DNA of 64,000 nt from a virus (IMGVR_UViG_3300028400_000005:15031-79030), one strand, 5' to 3'. Shown: positions 1 through 10,405, counted from the first letter of the stretch. Notes: generated by a model from the letters alone, not told the origin. Program-made: numbers and translations.

Positions 1-2
1 GC

Positions 3-2192
3 GAGCCACGGCTTGCCCTTGCCGATCAGGCTGCCGCGGATGCCGTAGGGCGGGTTGGCGATCACCGCGTCGTAGGTGTGCTCCTGCCCTTCGCCCTGGT
101 TGTACTCCTCGAAGGACAGGCCGGGGTAGACCTTGTGCCCCCGGGGCTCGTGCAGCAGCTTGCCGATCTTGCCCGATACCTCGGAGAGCTCGACGCCGGT
201 CACGCGGGTGCCGTCGGGGGCGGTGTGCAGGAAGACGCCGTTGCCCATCGAGGGCTCGAGCGCGGTCTTGGGCTGGCCGGCCACGCGGTGCAGCAGGGCC
301 CACATGGCGGCCGCCAGCGGCGCCGGGGTGTAGTGGGCGTTCAGGTCGCCCGTCAGGCCGCCCTCGCCGGTGTAGGCGGCCAGGACCTGGCGCTCCTCCT
401 CGGTGGGCTCGCGCTTCTCGTCTTCCAGGCGCTCCAGCAGCTCCACGGCGCGCGCGTTGGCCTTGGTGCGCTGGGCAACCGTGGCCTTGGGCAGCAGCGC
501 GAACCCGAACCGGGGAATACGCTTCAGGATCTCGCGCAGGGGGCGCGCGTAGTTGAGTCCGCGGCCTTCGGCTTCGGCCTGGGGCGGCTCCTCGGCGGCC
601 GGCTCGGCCTCGGCCTCGGGCTCGGTCTCGGTCGGCTTGGCCTCGGGTTCGGGCTCCGGCTCGGCCTGGGGTTCGGCCGCTCCGGCTTCCGCCTCGGGCG
701 CGGTCGGCTTGGCCTCGGGTTCGGGCTCCGAGGTGGCCTGGGGCTCGGGTTCGGTTTCCTGCCGGGGCGCGCTCGGGGCGCTTTCGGGTTCCTCGTCCAC
801 GCGGTGCCAGCGCCCGCCCTTGAGGCGGTACGTGTGGGCCCCGTCGGCGAAGACGACCGTCTTCTCGGCACCCTCCCGCAGGTGCTGATCGGAAGGGTCG
901 GCCGGCAGCTCCGCGGGGGCCGGTCCCGCGGTGTCGGGCACCGACGGCTCCACCTGCGGCGCGTTCTTGCCCTCCCAGCGCTCGCGCGGCACTTCATGGT
1001 AGAAGTGGTCGGTCAGGTTCTGGGCGAAGACCCGGGCGAACTGGGGGTCGCGTCCCCGCAGCTCGTAGCCGCGGATCGGGTCGTGCGTCGCCGTCTCCTC
1101 CAGCTCGAGGGCGCCGTCGGGAGCCACCTTGTACACCAGCTCGCCGTCGAGGTAGATGTCGCTCATTGGGTCGTCGGGGTCGGCGTGGCGGTAGTGGGTG
1201 AGGTACAGCCGCGGCGCGCCGTCCCGCCCCGGGTGGCGCTCGATGACCAGCGGCAGGAAGGGCGGGTTGGGGATGCGCAGGTGGTAGTCGCCGTCCTCGT
1301 CCCCCTCGCGCAGGACGTGCTCACGCAGGCCGGCCCGCTCCAGGAACTCCGCCACCGCCTTGGCGTCGGCGCTCTTCTGGCGGTCGGCGGGGGCGACGGC
1401 CGGCCCCGCGTCCTGTTCGGGCTCGGCCGGCTTGGGCGGCTCCAGCTCCCCGCGGCTGGCCAGGCGGGCCGCGGCCTCGACCTTCTTGGCGAGGGCGCCC
1501 GCCGTCTTGATCAGGTTCTCCGAGCCGTGGTCCACCCGTCCCCCGGCGTCGTAGGCGAAGCTGCTCGCGGCGTACAGGTCCTTCATCGCCGCCTGCAGCT
1601 TCACCAGCATGCGCTGCAGGCGCGACAACGGGTCGTTCCCGCGGGGCAGCTTGCGCGGGCGCAGCTTCTTGCGCTCCCACTTGGGGGCCGCGTTGGAGTC
1701 GAAAACGCGCTCCACCTCGCGCTCGAGCTCGTCCAGGGCGGCCTCGGGATCGCGGCGCAGGGTCGCTTCCCAGTCGTCCGGCGCCGGCCGCTCTTCGGGT
1801 TTGGCCTCGGGTTTGGCCTCGGTCTCGGTCGGCTTGGCCTCGGCCTCGGGCTTGGGGGCGGCGGCCTGCGGCTTCGGCTTCTGCGCGGCCTCCGCCTCGC
1901 CGTCCGCCTTCTCCCAGTACGTCTGCGTGTGAACCTTGCCGCTCTTCTCGCGCACCACCTTTTTGACCGGCTTGAGGTGCGCCTTGTCGTGCCGGCGGTC
2001 GAAGAGCGACGGCTGCTCGGGCTGGCGGCCCTGCCCGTCGAAGAGTGCGGGCTGGTCGGGGGGCGGCGCCTTGCGCCGGCGCGTCCCCGCAGAGCGCCGC
2101 GTGCGGCGCGCGGACCGGCTGGGGGCTGGAGGGAGGTTGAAGAGGGCCTGGGCCTGGGCTTTGATGAGGTCGTAAATCTCGCGTAGGGTCAT
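3..2192 (-). CDS. DarB-like polyvalent protein, N-terminal part including N6-adenine methyltransferase domain (runs off window start)
   Basis: Not in the ORF track because truncated. Read by hand from ATG 2192 (ATGA overlap with upstream stop): MTLREIYDLIKAQ..., Pro/Glu-rich linkers, then RTKANARAVELL...QVLAAYTGEGG...AHYTP...LEPSMGNGVF...GVELS...VIANPPYG, typical of DarB/SNF2-associated MTases. Confidence 0.85.
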   Translation of the reverse strand, partial: MTLREIYDLIKAQAQALFNLPPAPSRSARRTRRSAGTRRRKAPPPDQPALFDGQGRQPEQPSLFDRRHDKAHLKPVKKVVREKSGKVHTQTYWEKADGEAEAAQKPKPQAAAPKPEAEAKPTETEAKPEAKPEERPAPDDWEATLRRDPEAALDELEREVERVFDSNAAPKWERKKLRPRKLPRGNDPLSRLQRMLVKLQAAMKDLYAASSFAYDAGGRVDHGSENLIKTAGALAKKVEAAARLASRGELEPPKPAEPEQDAGPAVAPADRQKSADAKAVAEFLERAGLREHVLREGDEDGDYHLRIPNPPFLPLVIERHPGRDGAPRLYLTHYRHADPDDPMSDIYLDGELVYKVAPDGALELEETATHDPIRGYELRGRDPQFARVFAQNLTDHFYHEVPRERWEGKNAPQVEPSVPDTAGPAPAELPADPSDQHLREGAEKTVVFADGAHTYRLKGGRWHRVDEEPESAPSAPRQETEPEPQATSEPEPEAKPTAPEAEAGAAEPQAEPEPEPEAKPTETEPEAEAEPAAEEPPQAEAEGRGLNYARPLREILKRIPRFGFALLPKATVAQRTKANARAVELLERLEDEKREPTEEERQVLAAYTGEGGLTGDLNAHYTPAPLAAAMWALLHRVAGQPKTALEPSMGNGVFLHTAPDGTRVTGVELSEVSGKIGKLLHEPRGHKVYPGLSFEEYNQGEGQEHTYDAVIANPPYGIRGSLIGKGKPWL

Positions 2193-2422
2193 TCGGTCGC
2201 CTCCACCGCGCGGGCCGTCCCGCGCTCGAGCACGTGGCTCAGGTACTCGTCTTCCAGCGCGCTTCCCCGCGGGGCGCGGATGCCGTCGGCGGCCGCGCGG
2301 GCGGCCTCCTCGTGGCGCTCGGCCACGCGACGGGCGGCACCGCGCGCTGCGGCCTCCTCCACGTGGGCGCGCGCGATCTCGGCGCTGATCTCGGCCAGCA
2401 AGCGCTTGGCGTCGTCCTTCAT
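2189..2422 (-). CDS. Small hypothetical protein
   Basis: ATG 2422 lies 7 nt after a TAAGGT -10 box; translationally coupled to the DarB-like gene. Confidence 0.65.
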   Translation of the reverse strand: MKDDAKRLLAEISAEIARAHVEEAAARGAARRVAERHEEAARAAADGIRAPRGSALEDEYLSHVLERGTARAVEATE

Positions 2423-2454
2423 GGTGCGCACCTTATCCGCCGTGGTGGTCAGTC

Positions 2455-5400
2455 CTACCCGAAAAGCGTTCCCTGCTGCGCCGCGGGGTTCGGCGCCGGC
2501 GGGGGCGGGGGCGTTGGATCGTCGTCGTCGTCGCGCTCAGGGCGGGACAGGCCGGCCAGCTGCAGCTGCAGCGCGAGGCCGGTGTCGTCCATGTGTTCGT
2601 ACGGCCCCTGGAAGATCTGCCCCAGGAGGCGCTTGCGCTCGAGGCGTTCCAGGTTGGCGCGGTCGTGGTCGGTGTCCGTCATGAGGGTGTGGATCTCGAT
2701 CGCCTTCTTCTGCCCGAGGCGGTCAATCCGCGCCGAGCGCTGCTCCCACGTCTTGTGCGTCATGGGCAGGTCGTAGTGCACCAGCCACTCGCCGCGGTGC
2801 TGCAGGTTCGCGCCGGTCGCGCCGGCGTCGGAGGCGACGATGATGTCCACCTCGCCGCGGTCGAAGCGCTGGCGGATGCGCGCCTTGTCCTGGGCGCTGT
2901 GCCCCCCGTGCAGGACGGCGACCTTGTGCCCGGCCCGCTCGAGGGCGGCGGCGATCTCGGCCACCGCCTTGCGGTTGTGGGCGAAGACCACGCCGCCCTT
3001 CCCGCGCCGCTGCTCCGCGAGCGAGAGCAGGTGCTGGATCTTGGCGTTGCGGTCGGCGGGGGCCTCGTTGATCACGCGCGCCTTCGCGGCCTCATGCAGC
3101 ACCCCGAGGCTGCGGTTGAGTTTCTGGGCGACCTGCTCGTGCTGGGCCTCGGGGACGCCCTCGAAGCTGCGGGGCGAAAGGGCCCGCAAGGCCTCCAGGT
3201 CCACGTCGCCGCGGTCGCGGGCGCGCACGGCGCGCTGGTAGGCGGCGCGCACCTCTTCCAGCTGCGCCCGCTGCTCCGGGTGCAGCGGGATCGGGGCGTG
3301 CCCGCTGGGGGTGTCGCCGCGGGTGCCGTCCGCGCCCCAGACGACGCGCTTGGTCGTCCCCGAGGGCACCACGTCGTGGTAGACGTAGCGGTCGGCCAGC
3401 CGCTTCAGCGCCTCACGTGCGGTCAGCGCGTCCACGCCGTAGCGGCGCCGGAACTCGGCCGCGTCGCCGAAGCGCTTGGGGTCGAGCTTCTTGAGCCAGT
3501 CGCCGATCTCGGAGGCGTCGTTCTTGACCGGGCTCCCGGTCATCAGGGTGCCGTACGGCGACAGGCTCATCGCGGTGTCGAGCACGGCCGTGAGCAGCGA
3601 CTCCGCCTTGCCCTGGCGGTTCAGGGCGTCGTGGGCCTCGTCCACGGCGACGTAATGCAGGGGGATCCCGTGGGCCTCCAGGGCCTCACGCATGAGGCGC
3701 TGGCGCTCCGGCAGGTCGGCCTCGAGGAAGCGGTCCTTGAACGCCTCGAGGTCCTCCCCGTGGTGCTCCGCCATCAGCTTGAGCATGTCGTCGCGGAAGG
3801 CCTGGTGGGTAACGGCCACCATGTGCACGTCGGGGGTGGCGTAGGCGGCCCGGCGCTCTTCGTGCGTGGCCTCGCGCGCGTGCCAGCGGAAGCGGCCGGG
3901 CTCGAGCACCCGGGCCATCTCCTCGCCGAACTGGTCGCGCACGATCGAGGGCACCACGAACAGGCCCTTCTTGGCCTCGCCGCGGTGGTGGAGCTCGGTG
4001 AAGGCCCCGATCGCCACCGAGGTCTTGCCGCTCCCCGTCCCCAGGAAGGCGGCGAGCTTGCGGCCTTCGATAATGGCCTTTATCGCCCGCTGCTGCTTCA
4101 CGTACTTGGTGCCCTTGCCCATGGTCACGGGGTACATCTGCACCGGGCTCATGCCCGCGTGGACGCTGCCGGCAACCTCCGGCATGAGGGCCGCCAGCCG
4201 CTTCTCGACGGCGGGGGGCAGGGCGTGCCGCTCGAGGTGCGGCACCGGGGCCTCGGGCTCGACCGCCTCGTCGCCGGCGTTGGCGAAGAGGCTGGCCTGC
4301 GCCATGCGCGCGGCGCGCTCTTCCTCCTTCTTCTTGCGCCACGCCTCGAGCAGCGACCCCTTCCCGCCCATGTACGCGAAGCGGCCGCCCTGACGCTCCC
4401 GCAGGCTGTGCTGCTGGCGGGCGATCTCGTCCTTGAAGCGGCGGTACCCCTCGGGGTCGCGCACCGCCCACAGGTGCTCGCCCCAGCGGTTCGCCTCCTT
4501 CGACAGGCGTAGGGGCTGGCCGGTGAGCTTGGCGTGGTAGTGGGCGTAACGGCTCGCCAGCGACCCCCTCATGTGCTCCTGCACCGCCTCGTAGGCGCGC
4601 TGCGGCCCGCCGATGCCCTCCACGAACTTGTTCCACTCGACGAGCTCCGCCTGGTCGCCCAGCGCTTCGGTGGCCACCCGCTGGCGGTCGCGGTGCCACT
4701 TCACCCAGTCCGGGTTCAAGGGGAGGTCGCTCGCCAGCCGGTCGGGGTAGGGGTTGCCCCGCAGGTTGGCCTTGCCGTCCTCGGTGAGGGTCACGCTGCC
4801 GTCGTCGTTTTCCACGTAGTCGCCGCGGCCCAGCCCCATCGCGCGCAAAGTCTCGGCGCGGAGGTCGGGGTCGGCGGCCACATGGTCACGGAACCGCAGC
4901 GTGATGGGGGCGTCGGGGTCTACGGGGGCCGGCTCTCCGAAGAGGCCGCCGTCCTGGGGCGCGCCCCACTTCTCCGGCATGGGGTGCTTGGCCTCGTACT
5001 CGGCCAGGGCCTTGCGCACCGCGTTCTTGCGCGCGGCCAGCTCCTCGGGGCTCTTGCCCAGGATCTCGGTCAGGTAGTAGTGCCGCAGCGCACGCTGGTC
5101 GCGGTGGTCGAGCTCGCCCAGGGGCTTGAGGGCCACCTGCGTGCGCGGATCGGCGAGCACGCTCAGGTAGAGGGCCTTGCGGACCTCCGGGGTGTCGCCC
5201 ACCGTCTGGCCGTAGAAGTCGGCCTCCCCGGGGTGCTCGCGCTCCACGAAGTCACGGGCCAGGCCGCGCAGCCGCTCATGGAGCTCGGGGTGCTTCTCCT
5301 GCAGGCGGTCGTAGTCCACCGGGATCGGTACCCGGTACTCCTCGCCCTTGCGGTTCTTGCGCACCTCCTCGCCCGCCCACGTAGGCAGCAGCTCCTCCAG

Positions 5401-7692
5401 GTGGCGGTCGTACTCCTCCATCTTCTCCGGGGGCACCCAGTCACGGATGAAGCTGCTCGAGGTGAGCAGGCGCTTGACCTCCGCCGGGGTCCACCCGTCG
5501 GCCAGGCGGCTGGCCACGGCCTCCTCCAACCCCGCGCGCACGTCGTCGCGGAAGTTGGGAGCGCGGGCGAGGCGGCGGGCCTTGGGGGGCTCCTGCTGGT
5601 CGAAGGCGCTGGCCGGGTAGCGGGCGAAGCCCGCCGGCAGCCAGTCCTCTTCGTCGTGGCGGCCGGCCTTGATCGCCTTGACCCGCTCGGCGGTCTCGCG
5701 TTCGGCGGGGTCGGCGTCGGGGGTCAGCCGGTCCATGCCCTGCCGGTTGAGCCGCACCCTGAAGCGGTCGTCGTCCCACTCGTAGGTGTAGTCGCCAGGC
5801 TCCAGGCCCAGGGCGCGCAGGGCCGGGATCACGTCGCGGGCGCTCTTGGAGAACTCCAGCTCGAGGTGGTCGGCCGGGGGCTGGCTGAGGGCGAGGTTGA
5901 GCGCCGCGGACGCCTCCAGCTTCCCGAGGGCGGTACCGAGGTGCCGGTGGGCCTCTTCGAGCAGGCGCCGCTTCCGGCGCACCAGGTCCATGACCGCCGC
6001 GGCGTCGGTGGTCGAGGTGATCGCCGGGATCTCGATCGCACGCGCGGCCTCGAGGGCCTTGGTGCCCCGCTCCATCGCCTCCTTGAGCATGGGCTCGAGG
6101 GTGCGGTCGTGGTGTTCGGCCAGGGCCTTGCGGACCTTGTCCAGCTCCTCCTCGCTCAGACCCCGGCGCAGCGCGTGCGCCGTGAGCTTGACCCCCGCGT
6201 CGAGACCCAGGGCATCGAGGGCGAGCCGGTCCAGGGTGTCGCGCCCGAGGACCGCGAGCGCCACGTTGCTCAGGTGGGCGTAGGCCCCGGCGGCGTGGTG
6301 CTTGTACAGGGCCTTGCGCAACTCGCCGTAGCTCCACCCGGGCTCGGCCGCCCGGTTCACGGTGTCCAGGAAGCTGCGGGTCAGGTCTTCCTTCGCCAGG
6401 TCGTCCACCCGGGCCGCGATCTCGCGCGCCAGGTCGGGGTCCACCTCCTCCGTGTGCACGAGCAAGGGGCTGCCGTCTTCACGCGCGTGGGCCTCCTCGA
6501 GGGCGCGCACCTCTTCCTCGCTGGCGTCGGGGTCGTGACCCAGCAGCGCGCGCCGCTTGGCGCGTTGCAGCTTGCGCAGTTGGCGCGCCGCGGCAAGGAA
6601 GGCACGCACGTCCTCGGCGTGCTGGCGCAGCTCCTCCGGCGTGGGGGCCTCCGGCTTGGGGGCGGCCTCCTCGAGGGCGGCGCCCGCCTCCTGCGCGAGG
6701 GGCTGGGCCGCGCGCATGCGCTCCCGGGCGGCGAGCACCCGGGCCTGGACCTCTGGCGCGTACTGCGCGAGCCGCGCCTGGAACGCCTCTTCGGCCTCGC
6801 GCTCGAACTCGTCCTGCGTGAGGCCCCGCTCCTCGGCCAGCTGGCGCATGGAGCCCCCGTAACCGCGGCTGGCCACCGGAGCCGTCTCCGCCCCGGGGAT
6901 CTCGTCGGGTTCGATCTGCCCCCGCTCGCCCAGAACCGCGCTGCGTAGGTCGGGGTCGCGCACCAGGTGCTTGAGGACCTGGCGCTCGATCCGCTTGACG
7001 GCCTGGGTCGCGGCGCGAACGTGGCGCGCGGTGGCCAGGCCGGCGGCCAGGGAGGCCGCGTCGCCCTCGCCGGCCGCCTGCTGCGCGATGGTGCGCAGTT
7101 GCTCACGGGTCTCGTCGTCGAGCATGCGCTCGAGGTGCGGGTTTCCGGTGATCCGGGCGGCCGCGGCGAGCGCGGCCCGGTGCGCGGCCTCGATGTGCTC
7201 CTGCAGCCGCTGGGCCAGCTCCTTGCGCCGCTGGCGCTCCTCGGGGGGCACGTCCGGCTTGGGAGCGCGCTCTTGCTGGCGGCCGCGTCCGATCCGCGTC
7301 AGGCGCAACCCGTGCAAACCCTTGGGCCCCGAGACGACGTGGGCCGATCCGTCGGGGTTGACCTTGATCTTGACGTGGACGTAGTCGGGGTGGTCGGGTC
7401 CGTGGGGCTTCAGCGTGATCCAGCGCTCGTTGGGCCCTAGGTCGCCCCCGTCCGCCTTGTGCACCAGCTCGGCGGGCTCGAGCCAAAACACCAGCGCGAA
7501 GCCGTTTTCGTCGTAAGCCAGGTAGTAGCCCTTGGCCAGCGCACCCTTGGCCCGGGCAATGGCGATCCGTATCGCCTCTCCCTCGTCGTACCCCTCGCGA
7601 AGCAGCGCGTTGGCGATCCGCACCGCCCGGCGCCGCACGGGGGGCGCGAGGTGCTTCATGGCATCGGGAAAGCGTTCTGCGGTCCAGGGCAT
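2455..7692 (-). CDS. Giant SNF2/SF2 helicase-domain protein with N-terminal YdaT-like domain
   Basis: Start reassigned to MPWTAERFPDAMKHL...RIANALLREGYDEGEAIRIA (YdaT-like). Walker A GTGSGKT, VAVDEAH, LMTGSP, SDAGATGANLQ and QRSARIDR helicase motifs. Confidence 0.85.
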   Translation of the reverse strand: MPWTAERFPDAMKHLAPPVRRRAVRIANALLREGYDEGEAIRIAIARAKGALAKGYYLAYDENGFALVFWLEPAELVHKADGGDLGPNERWITLKPHGPDHPDYVHVKIKVNPDGSAHVVSGPKGLHGLRLTRIGRGRQQERAPKPDVPPEERQRRKELAQRLQEHIEAAHRAALAAAARITGNPHLERMLDDETREQLRTIAQQAAGEGDAASLAAGLATARHVRAATQAVKRIERQVLKHLVRDPDLRSAVLGERGQIEPDEIPGAETAPVASRGYGGSMRQLAEERGLTQDEFEREAEEAFQARLAQYAPEVQARVLAARERMRAAQPLAQEAGAALEEAAPKPEAPTPEELRQHAEDVRAFLAAARQLRKLQRAKRRALLGHDPDASEEEVRALEEAHAREDGSPLLVHTEEVDPDLAREIAARVDDLAKEDLTRSFLDTVNRAAEPGWSYGELRKALYKHHAAGAYAHLSNVALAVLGRDTLDRLALDALGLDAGVKLTAHALRRGLSEEELDKVRKALAEHHDRTLEPMLKEAMERGTKALEAARAIEIPAITSTTDAAAVMDLVRRKRRLLEEAHRHLGTALGKLEASAALNLALSQPPADHLELEFSKSARDVIPALRALGLEPGDYTYEWDDDRFRVRLNRQGMDRLTPDADPAERETAERVKAIKAGRHDEEDWLPAGFARYPASAFDQQEPPKARRLARAPNFRDDVRAGLEEAVASRLADGWTPAEVKRLLTSSSFIRDWVPPEKMEEYDRHLEELLPTWAGEEVRKNRKGEEYRVPIPVDYDRLQEKHPELHERLRGLARDFVEREHPGEADFYGQTVGDTPEVRKALYLSVLADPRTQVALKPLGELDHRDQRALRHYYLTEILGKSPEELAARKNAVRKALAEYEAKHPMPEKWGAPQDGGLFGEPAPVDPDAPITLRFRDHVAADPDLRAETLRAMGLGRGDYVENDDGSVTLTEDGKANLRGNPYPDRLASDLPLNPDWVKWHRDRQRVATEALGDQAELVEWNKFVEGIGGPQRAYEAVQEHMRGSLASRYAHYHAKLTGQPLRLSKEANRWGEHLWAVRDPEGYRRFKDEIARQQHSLRERQGGRFAYMGGKGSLLEAWRKKKEEERAARMAQASLFANAGDEAVEPEAPVPHLERHALPPAVEKRLAALMPEVAGSVHAGMSPVQMYPVTMGKGTKYVKQQRAIKAIIEGRKLAAFLGTGSGKTSVAIGAFTELHHRGEAKKGLFVVPSIVRDQFGEEMARVLEPGRFRWHAREATHEERRAAYATPDVHMVAVTHQAFRDDMLKLMAEHHGEDLEAFKDRFLEADLPERQRLMREALEAHGIPLHYVAVDEAHDALNRQGKAESLLTAVLDTAMSLSPYGTLMTGSPVKNDASEIGDWLKKLDPKRFGDAAEFRRRYGVDALTAREALKRLADRYVYHDVVPSGTTKRVVWGADGTRGDTPSGHAPIPLHPEQRAQLEEVRAAYQRAVRARDRGDVDLEALRALSPRSFEGVPEAQHEQVAQKLNRSLGVLHEAAKARVINEAPADRNAKIQHLLSLAEQRRGKGGVVFAHNRKAVAEIAAALERAGHKVAVLHGGHSAQDKARIRQRFDRGEVDIIVASDAGATGANLQHRGEWLVHYDLPMTHKTWEQRSARIDRLGQKKAIEIHTLMTDTDHDRANLERLERKRLLGQIFQGPYEHMDDTGLALQLQLAGLSRPERDDDDDPTPPPPPAPNPAAQQGTLFG

Positions 7693-7751
7693 CGCCCCCA
7701 CCGTAGCGGCGGGGGCGGTTGGGGTGCGGGCCCGGTCGGGGCGTCGTCGCG

Positions 7752-8516
7752 CTACGGCTGCCCAGCCAGCAGCGAGGCCCAGAAGTCCGCGATCGGGATG
7801 CGCCGGGTGACCCGGCCCGAGCCGTCGCACACGTGGCACTTCACCTCTTCGGGCTCGGGCTGGTCGTAGCCGTGCTCGGACCAGAACCTACGTACGAGCT
7901 CGTTCACCTGCTCCACGGTGAGCCCGTGACGCTCCTTTGGGGGGTGGGCGGCGTAGAAGGCCTCCCACAGGGGATGCGCGACGATCCCCTGCCCCCGGCA
8001 CTCGTCGCACCTGGACTTGGTGACGACGTGGGTGACGGTGCCGCCGTAGGCGTCCTCGACCGCGCCCTTGACGGCTCGGACCGCGTCGTGCACGTCGCAG
8101 GCGTCTTCGTCGCGCGCTTGTCGCTCGAGCTCGGCCAGGGTCAGCCCATGCCGGCGCGCGAGCCAGTTGGCGAGTTTGCGGGGCATGGGGTTCCGGGTTT
8201 TTTCCGGGTCCACGAGCCCCGGGAGGTCGTCGAGGTCATAGGCGCCGAAAAAGTCCTCAAGCGGCTCGTTGAAGCTGGTCTCGCAACCGTACCCCACCTG
8301 GAGGTTCCAATCCACGAGCTCAGCGCAGCGGCCGCAGATCTTGTACGTGCTCCACTTGTGGCCGTCCTCGTCCAGAACGTCGTGGCGGTAGTAGGTGGCC
8401 TTCGGGGGAATCACGCCGCCGCACGAGCTGCACGTATGCTGCCGGCGCGCCTTCAGGCGCTGTTCCTTGTGGAGCCGTACGTCGCAGTTATCCGTGTAGA
8501 CCGTCACAGTAGCCAT
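7752..8516 (-). CDS. Cys-rich zinc-binding hypothetical protein
   Basis: CxxC pairs (CSSC, CGRC) plus DnaJ-like CDECRGQG and CHVCDGSG motifs. Confidence 0.65.
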   Translation of the reverse strand: MATVTVYTDNCDVRLHKEQRLKARRQHTCSSCGGVIPPKATYYRHDVLDEDGHKWSTYKICGRCAELVDWNLQVGYGCETSFNEPLEDFFGAYDLDDLPGLVDPEKTRNPMPRKLANWLARRHGLTLAELERQARDEDACDVHDAVRAVKGAVEDAYGGTVTHVVTKSRCDECRGQGIVAHPLWEAFYAAHPPKERHGLTVEQVNELVRRFWSEHGYDQPEPEEVKCHVCDGSGRVTRRIPIADFWASLLAGQP

Positions 8517-8530
8517 CCGTGCCCCCCCCT

Positions 8531-8896
8531 TCACGCCAGCGGCCGCCTCGGATCGCGCCCCCCGGCCGATTCGGCCAGCGCCTCCGCCATCATCCCGGCG
8601 GTTTTCAGCAGCATCGAGGCGAACCGCAGCGCCTTAACCCGCGTCTCATCGCACGGGTCGTCACCCCCGAGCTCGTCCGCGGCGTCCAAGAACGCTGCGG
8701 AGGCGCGCGTGTAGGCTTCGGCCGCCCCGCGCATGAAGATCTCCAGCGTGCCAAGGTGGTCGCCCAGAACAACGCCGGCGGGCACGAGCTCAGCGGCCAC
8801 GTCCACCAGCTTCTCGGCGACCTCCTGCTCCATGCCACCGTGCTTGAGAATGTTGACGAGCGACGCCTTGCTTGCGCTCCCCTGTTCGGTCGTCAC
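8531..8896 (-). CDS. Hypothetical protein
   Basis: Helical ORF coupled (GTGA overlap) to the upstream gene. Confidence 0.6.
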   Translation of the reverse strand: MTTEQGSASKASLVNILKHGGMEQEVAEKLVDVAAELVPAGVVLGDHLGTLEIFMRGAAEAYTRASAAFLDAADELGGDDPCDETRVKALRFASMLLKTAGMMAEALAESAGGRDPRRPLA

Positions 8897-9906
8897 GCCA
8901 CCACCTCCTCAGCCTCCGGGTACTCCTCGTACAGCCGCCCGTCCAGTTCCCGGCCGGCCGCCCTGCGACCGACGCGCGACATGACGACCGGGCGGTCGAG
9001 GTCGGCCGTCCCCCCGAGCTCCACCGGGACAACCTGACCGTCCACGTCGAGCAGGAAGGGCGTCCGCGAGGGTGCCTCCCCCGGGGCGAACTCGCCCCAT
9101 TGCTTGAAGAAGAAGGCGGCGCCGTACCGGTGCGCCTGGGTGCGCAGGGACCGCACCCAGGCCGGATGCATGGGGCGCGCGCCGCGGCCGGTCTCGCCCC
9201 CCACGATCACCCAGCTCACCCGTCCCGGGAGCTGCTGGCCCGGGCGGTCCAGTCGCTCCCCGGTCAGCACGTTGTACAGACCGCCCCCGTCCCGGTCGTC
9301 GGCCTGCACGTGGTCCAGCCACAGGCTGCCCAGCAACGGCTCGGCGCTGACGAACCGCACGAGCGGCACCGGGCTGCGGATGCTGGCCAGGTCGAGGGCC
9401 CGCTGCGCGAACTCCTGCCGCCCCACCGACACGCCGAACCAGATTGAGGCGGCCCCAATCGGCGCGACGCGGTGCTCCAGGAACTCGTCGAACCAGGTCT
9501 CCAGGATGTCCCGCATGCGCCTGGACCGCTTGGTCAGCACCATGAAGCGGTGCGGCTTCTGACCGGCGTGGACGCGGTTCGCGTTAACCTGCTCCATAGT
9601 GTTCAGGATCCGCAGGATGGTGCGCGCGGGCAGGTCCTCATGGAAGAGGTCGCCCATCGAGCAGCAAAACACGGCCCGGGGCGCGCGCCACCGCGCGGGG
9701 ACGCTCAGGCGGTCCTCCAGGAACTGCACTTCGGTAAACGGGCGGCCGTACTGCGCCGGGGCCCCCCTCCACTCCCCCCGCTTCCAGGCGCGGTGCCGCT
9801 TCGTATGCAGGCGCTCGGCGTAGCAATGCTTGCACTCGGTGCTGACCTTGGTGCAGCCCACCACGGGGTTCCAGGTCTCCTCCGCCCATTCGATCTTCGT
9901 TGGCAT
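8893..9906 (-). CDS. DUF5131 / phage Gp37-Gp68 family protein (radical-SAM-like)
   Basis: TKIEWAEETWNPVVGCTKVSTECKHCYA, SMGDLFH, LTKR, RFVSAEPLLG, WVIVGGETG, FFFKQWGE signature. Confidence 0.9.
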   Translation of the reverse strand: MPTKIEWAEETWNPVVGCTKVSTECKHCYAERLHTKRHRAWKRGEWRGAPAQYGRPFTEVQFLEDRLSVPARWRAPRAVFCCSMGDLFHEDLPARTILRILNTMEQVNANRVHAGQKPHRFMVLTKRSRRMRDILETWFDEFLEHRVAPIGAASIWFGVSVGRQEFAQRALDLASIRSPVPLVRFVSAEPLLGSLWLDHVQADDRDGGGLYNVLTGERLDRPGQQLPGRVSWVIVGGETGRGARPMHPAWVRSLRTQAHRYGAAFFFKQWGEFAPGEAPSRTPFLLDVDGQVVPVELGGTADLDRPVVMSRVGRRAAGRELDGRLYEEYPEAEEVVA

Positions 9907-9918
9907 GATGCCCCCCTT

Positions 9919-10173
9919 CTACCTTTCCGTCAGCGGGACCAACGCCGTGACCTTCCGGGTTTCGTAGTCCACGTGTACGAAGTCGAGGGCGCTGAAGTGT
10001 TCCCGCACCACCTGCGCGATCCGGTCGAGAACGTCGGCCGTCGAGGCGTCGAACATGACCTGCTCGTCGTGCTCGTCCACGAGCGTGGGCACGTTCGTCA
10101 CGATGAGGACGGGACCGCCGTCGGGCAGCTGCCACGCGTGCACCGTGCGCTCCTCGCGCAGGCTAGCGTGCAT
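9919..10173 (-). CDS. Small hypothetical protein
   Basis: In-operon ORF starting MHASLREE. Confidence 0.5.
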   Translation of the reverse strand: MHASLREERTVHAWQLPDGGPVLIVTNVPTLVDEHDEQVMFDASTADVLDRIAQVVREHFSALDFVHVDYETRKVTALVPLTER

Positions 10174-10405
10174 CGCCCTGACCTCCCTCACCCGCCTCGG
10201 GAAACAGCTCCACCGTCACCACCGCGCGCATTCCGACGGCGAGCTCCCGCACCGCGCCTTCGTCCGTGGGGATGGTGGCGATCACGCGGTCGTGTTCGTC
10301 GGTCAGCACGAGCTCGGGGTCGCCGTTGCACCCCTCGATGACCTCGGACAGGCGCGCGGGGATGACGTACGTGGTCGGGGTCGGTTTAGTCTTGGTCCTG
10401 GTCAC
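10163..10405 (-). CDS. Small hypothetical protein
   Basis: GTG start at 10405 preceded by GGAGGAG RBS. Confidence 0.55.
   Translation of the reverse strand: MTRTKTKPTPTTYVIPARLSEVIEGCNGDPELVLTDEHDRVIATIPTDEGAVRELAVGMRAVVTVELFPEAGEGGQGDAR

Noticed and set aside
560-1880. GGCCTCGGG/GGCTCG short repeats
   Set aside because: They encode Pro/Glu/Ala/Lys linkers of the DarB-like protein and are not a DNA-level element.
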